This document shows positions 49,016 through 64,000 of a stretch of 64,000 nt of DNA, in pieces. The stretch comes from Callorhinchus milii. Taxonomy: Eukaryota. The stretch is taken from the NCBI RefSeq assembly GCF_018977255.1, contig NW_024704746.1:33666001-33730000 (forward strand), given 5' to 3'. Made by a program: the position numbers and the translations under genes. The stretch's first letter is position 1. Each line of letters opens with the position of its first letter. The notes beneath the pieces are model-generated. The model was not told the DNA's origin. It saw only the letters and a list, made by a program, of their open reading frames with translations, and ran no database searches.

Positions 49016-49579
49016 ATCGCTCCAACTGGAATACTATGAAGCAAGATCAAGGTTCTATGATAGCATTACCTAACAAGAGGACAATATTTGACTAAAATAC
49101 ACTTTATTTAAAAAAAATAGCACTAACATGTATATTAAAATGAATAGCCTTTTTAAAAAAATCTATCTCACTATTACCACTATAGTATTGGTAAAATACA
49201 TAATTCGCTGTTCAATAAGATTTTGTCCTTGTGAGCACACCGAGTCATACTGAATGTGCAGGCTGCAGGCTCTCCTTGGTATCATATCTCTCTGTTTATT
49301 CATCCATTTCTCATTTATCTGATTATATACAGTATATTATTCCTGGTTATCCAGTTTAATGTTGATGTTGTCCTGATGCATTCATCCACACAAATGTGTG
49401 GCTGCAATCCCTCTCATGCATCTCCCTTTCTCTTTGTTCACTGAACCATTTTTTAAAATATATATATATTGCTCGCTGGAACGATTTATTATTGTCGGTG
49501 TTGAACCACTGCAGTGTGGAGGTTGCTCTGATGCATATTGACGATGTGATCAGTTTCACCGCGTCTCAGATTCACACTT

Positions 49580-50330
49580 TTATGGTGGTGATCGATTGCA
49601 GTGTTGCCTGTTGCCATGACACACACATGTGGTGGTGGTGAGCGATGGTGATCTATTAGTGTTGCCTGTTGCCATGATACACACATGTGGTGGTGATGGT
49701 GATCTATGAGTGTTTCCTGTTGCCATGATACACACATGTGGTGGTGATGGTGAGCGATGGTGATCTATTAGTGTTGCCTGTTGCCATGATACACACGTGG
49801 TGGTGATGGTGATCTATGACAGTGTTTCCTGTTGCCATGATACACACATGTGGTGGTGGTGGTGAGCGATGGTGATCTATTAGTGTTGCCTGTTGCCATG
49901 ATACACACATGTGGTGGTGATGGTGATCTATGGCAGTGTTTCCTGTTGCCATGACACACACATGTGGTGGTGGTGGTGAGCGATGGTGATCTATTAGTGT
50001 TGCCTGTTGCCATGATACACACATGTGGTGGTGATCTATGAGTGTTTCCTGTTGCCATGATACACACATGTGGTGGTGATGGTGATCTATTAGTGTTGCC
50101 TGTTGCCATGATACACACATGTGCTGGTGATCTATGAGTGTTGCCTGTTGCCATGATACACACATGTGCTGGTGATCTATAGTGTTGCCTGTTGCCATGA
50201 TACACACATGTGGTGGGTGATGGCGATCTGTCACAGCGTTGGCCGTCGGCACGACCCGCACGTGTGGGTGGTGGTGGGTGATGGCGAGCGATGGTGATCT
50301 GCGACGGCGTTGGCTGTCGGCGCCGCTGCG
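49580..50330. repeat. Minisatellite, ~12 units of ~45-62 bp plus degenerate CpG-rich units
   Basis: Core ggtgatctat(t/g)agtgtt(g/t)cctgttgccatgatacacacatgtggtggt, repeated with a variable (ggt)n/gagcgat spacer. Confidence 0.95.
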
Positions 50331-50565
50331 ACTGATGTACGTACGGCTGTCGGTGGTGGTGGCGGCGGTGGCGATGGATGTGGGCAGTGATGTATGACAG
50401 TGTGTGTGTGGGTGTGTGTGTGGGTGTGTGGTGGGGGGGTCGCCCTCCCCTCCCCCCCTCCCGCCCCCTCTCCTCGCGCTGTGTTTACTGATCCGGGTCT
50501 CTGGGACAGGGCGGGAGGGGCGGGCGAGCGGCTGCCGCGGTGCACTCTGGGGAGGGTGTAGTAAG

Positions 50566-63140
<12,575 letters not shown>

Positions 63141-64000
63141 GTAATGTACAAGAATTTAAAATATTTCATAAGTATGTTTTGTTTTGCGTGCCAATTGCAC
63201 TATCGATTTTTTTAAAAAATGATATTAATTTTGAAATTAGGTTTGATTATTTAGTCCTTTTTTAAAAAGAGAGTTCCCCTTATGAAAGTATTCTGAAAGG
63301 TATGTCAGTTGTTGTTTGAACTCCCATTAGATAGTTCTCGGGTTTATACTGTATATGATTTGCTGACTGAGGGGAGATCCACATCACTAGTTCTGTTCTA
63401 CAACAGCTGCATTGTGATGCACATTAGCCACTTGGGTTAATCTGACACTTTTGGCTGCTCTGTATATTTGCAGGCCATGACAATGTGAGCATACAACAAG
63501 AAGCTCACACCGCTCCAAAGTCAGTAACTATTGGCAATTGAAAAATGACCTCATACTTTTTGCTTATTTTATCTGCAACTATCGCCAGTGTTTTCTTCTA
63601 TTAGTATTCATCATCTCAGTGTAGTGTGCTCCACTAAGCAAAAGACCTGTATTGTTGAAAAACTACACAGAAGGGCATTAAAATGTTTTCCAAAAGTCAA
63701 TATTTACGAAGTATAATAAGGTATCTCACTAAACAGTGGCTTTATGCTTTGGAATTTTCTATACTTTTAGTTGGGGCAAACAAAAGTGAGTTTGCAAAAT
63801 GGAAGCTCTTTGTTCTACAATTTTCTCCCCTATTGATGCATGTACTTTTCCAGTGACTGTCTTGGGACATCCTCCTGATGTGAAAGGCGCTATATAAATG
63901 CAGTTTGTTGCAAATTTGTGGGTTAGTAAAAAAAAATGCCAGATGTGCTCTTTGGGCAAGTTAACTTCTAGGAATAGCTTTCTGTACCCTGTACAATATT

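Noticed and set aside
49580-50230. CRISPR-like repeat array
   Set aside because: Vertebrate DNA, no unique spacers (only variable ggt runs) and no cas genes.

Overview
Eukaryotic (vertebrate) genomic DNA. The repeat content (CR1 and L2 LINEs, tRNA-headed and Deu-core SINEs, Penelope-type fold-backs) suggests a cartilaginous fish, possibly a chimaera; this is an inference. The window holds the gene block syntenic with human 12q23.3: a decayed TTC41 remnant (-), HSP90B1/GRP94 (+, 18 coding exons, about 805 aa), the microprotein gene UQCC6/BRAWNIN (C12orf73; -, 66 aa, missed by the ORF track), TDG (+, 10 exons), GLT8D2 (-) and the 5' part of HCFC2 (+, first 8 exons). The genes form three head-to-head pairs around CpG islands. 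Points of interest: GRP94 ends in -SGDL rather than KDEL; HSP90B1 has a GC-AG intron; TDG has a 1-nt frameshift at the VKEE SUMO site; TTC41 looks pseudogenised but keeps a perfect RFX X-box; a fold-back insertion carries a hammerhead-like core; a ~1 kb tandem duplication carries part of a GLT8D2 exon; and a promoter minisatellite shows a CpG gradient. All exon coordinates were read by eye. Homology calls rest on recalled sequences, not database searches.
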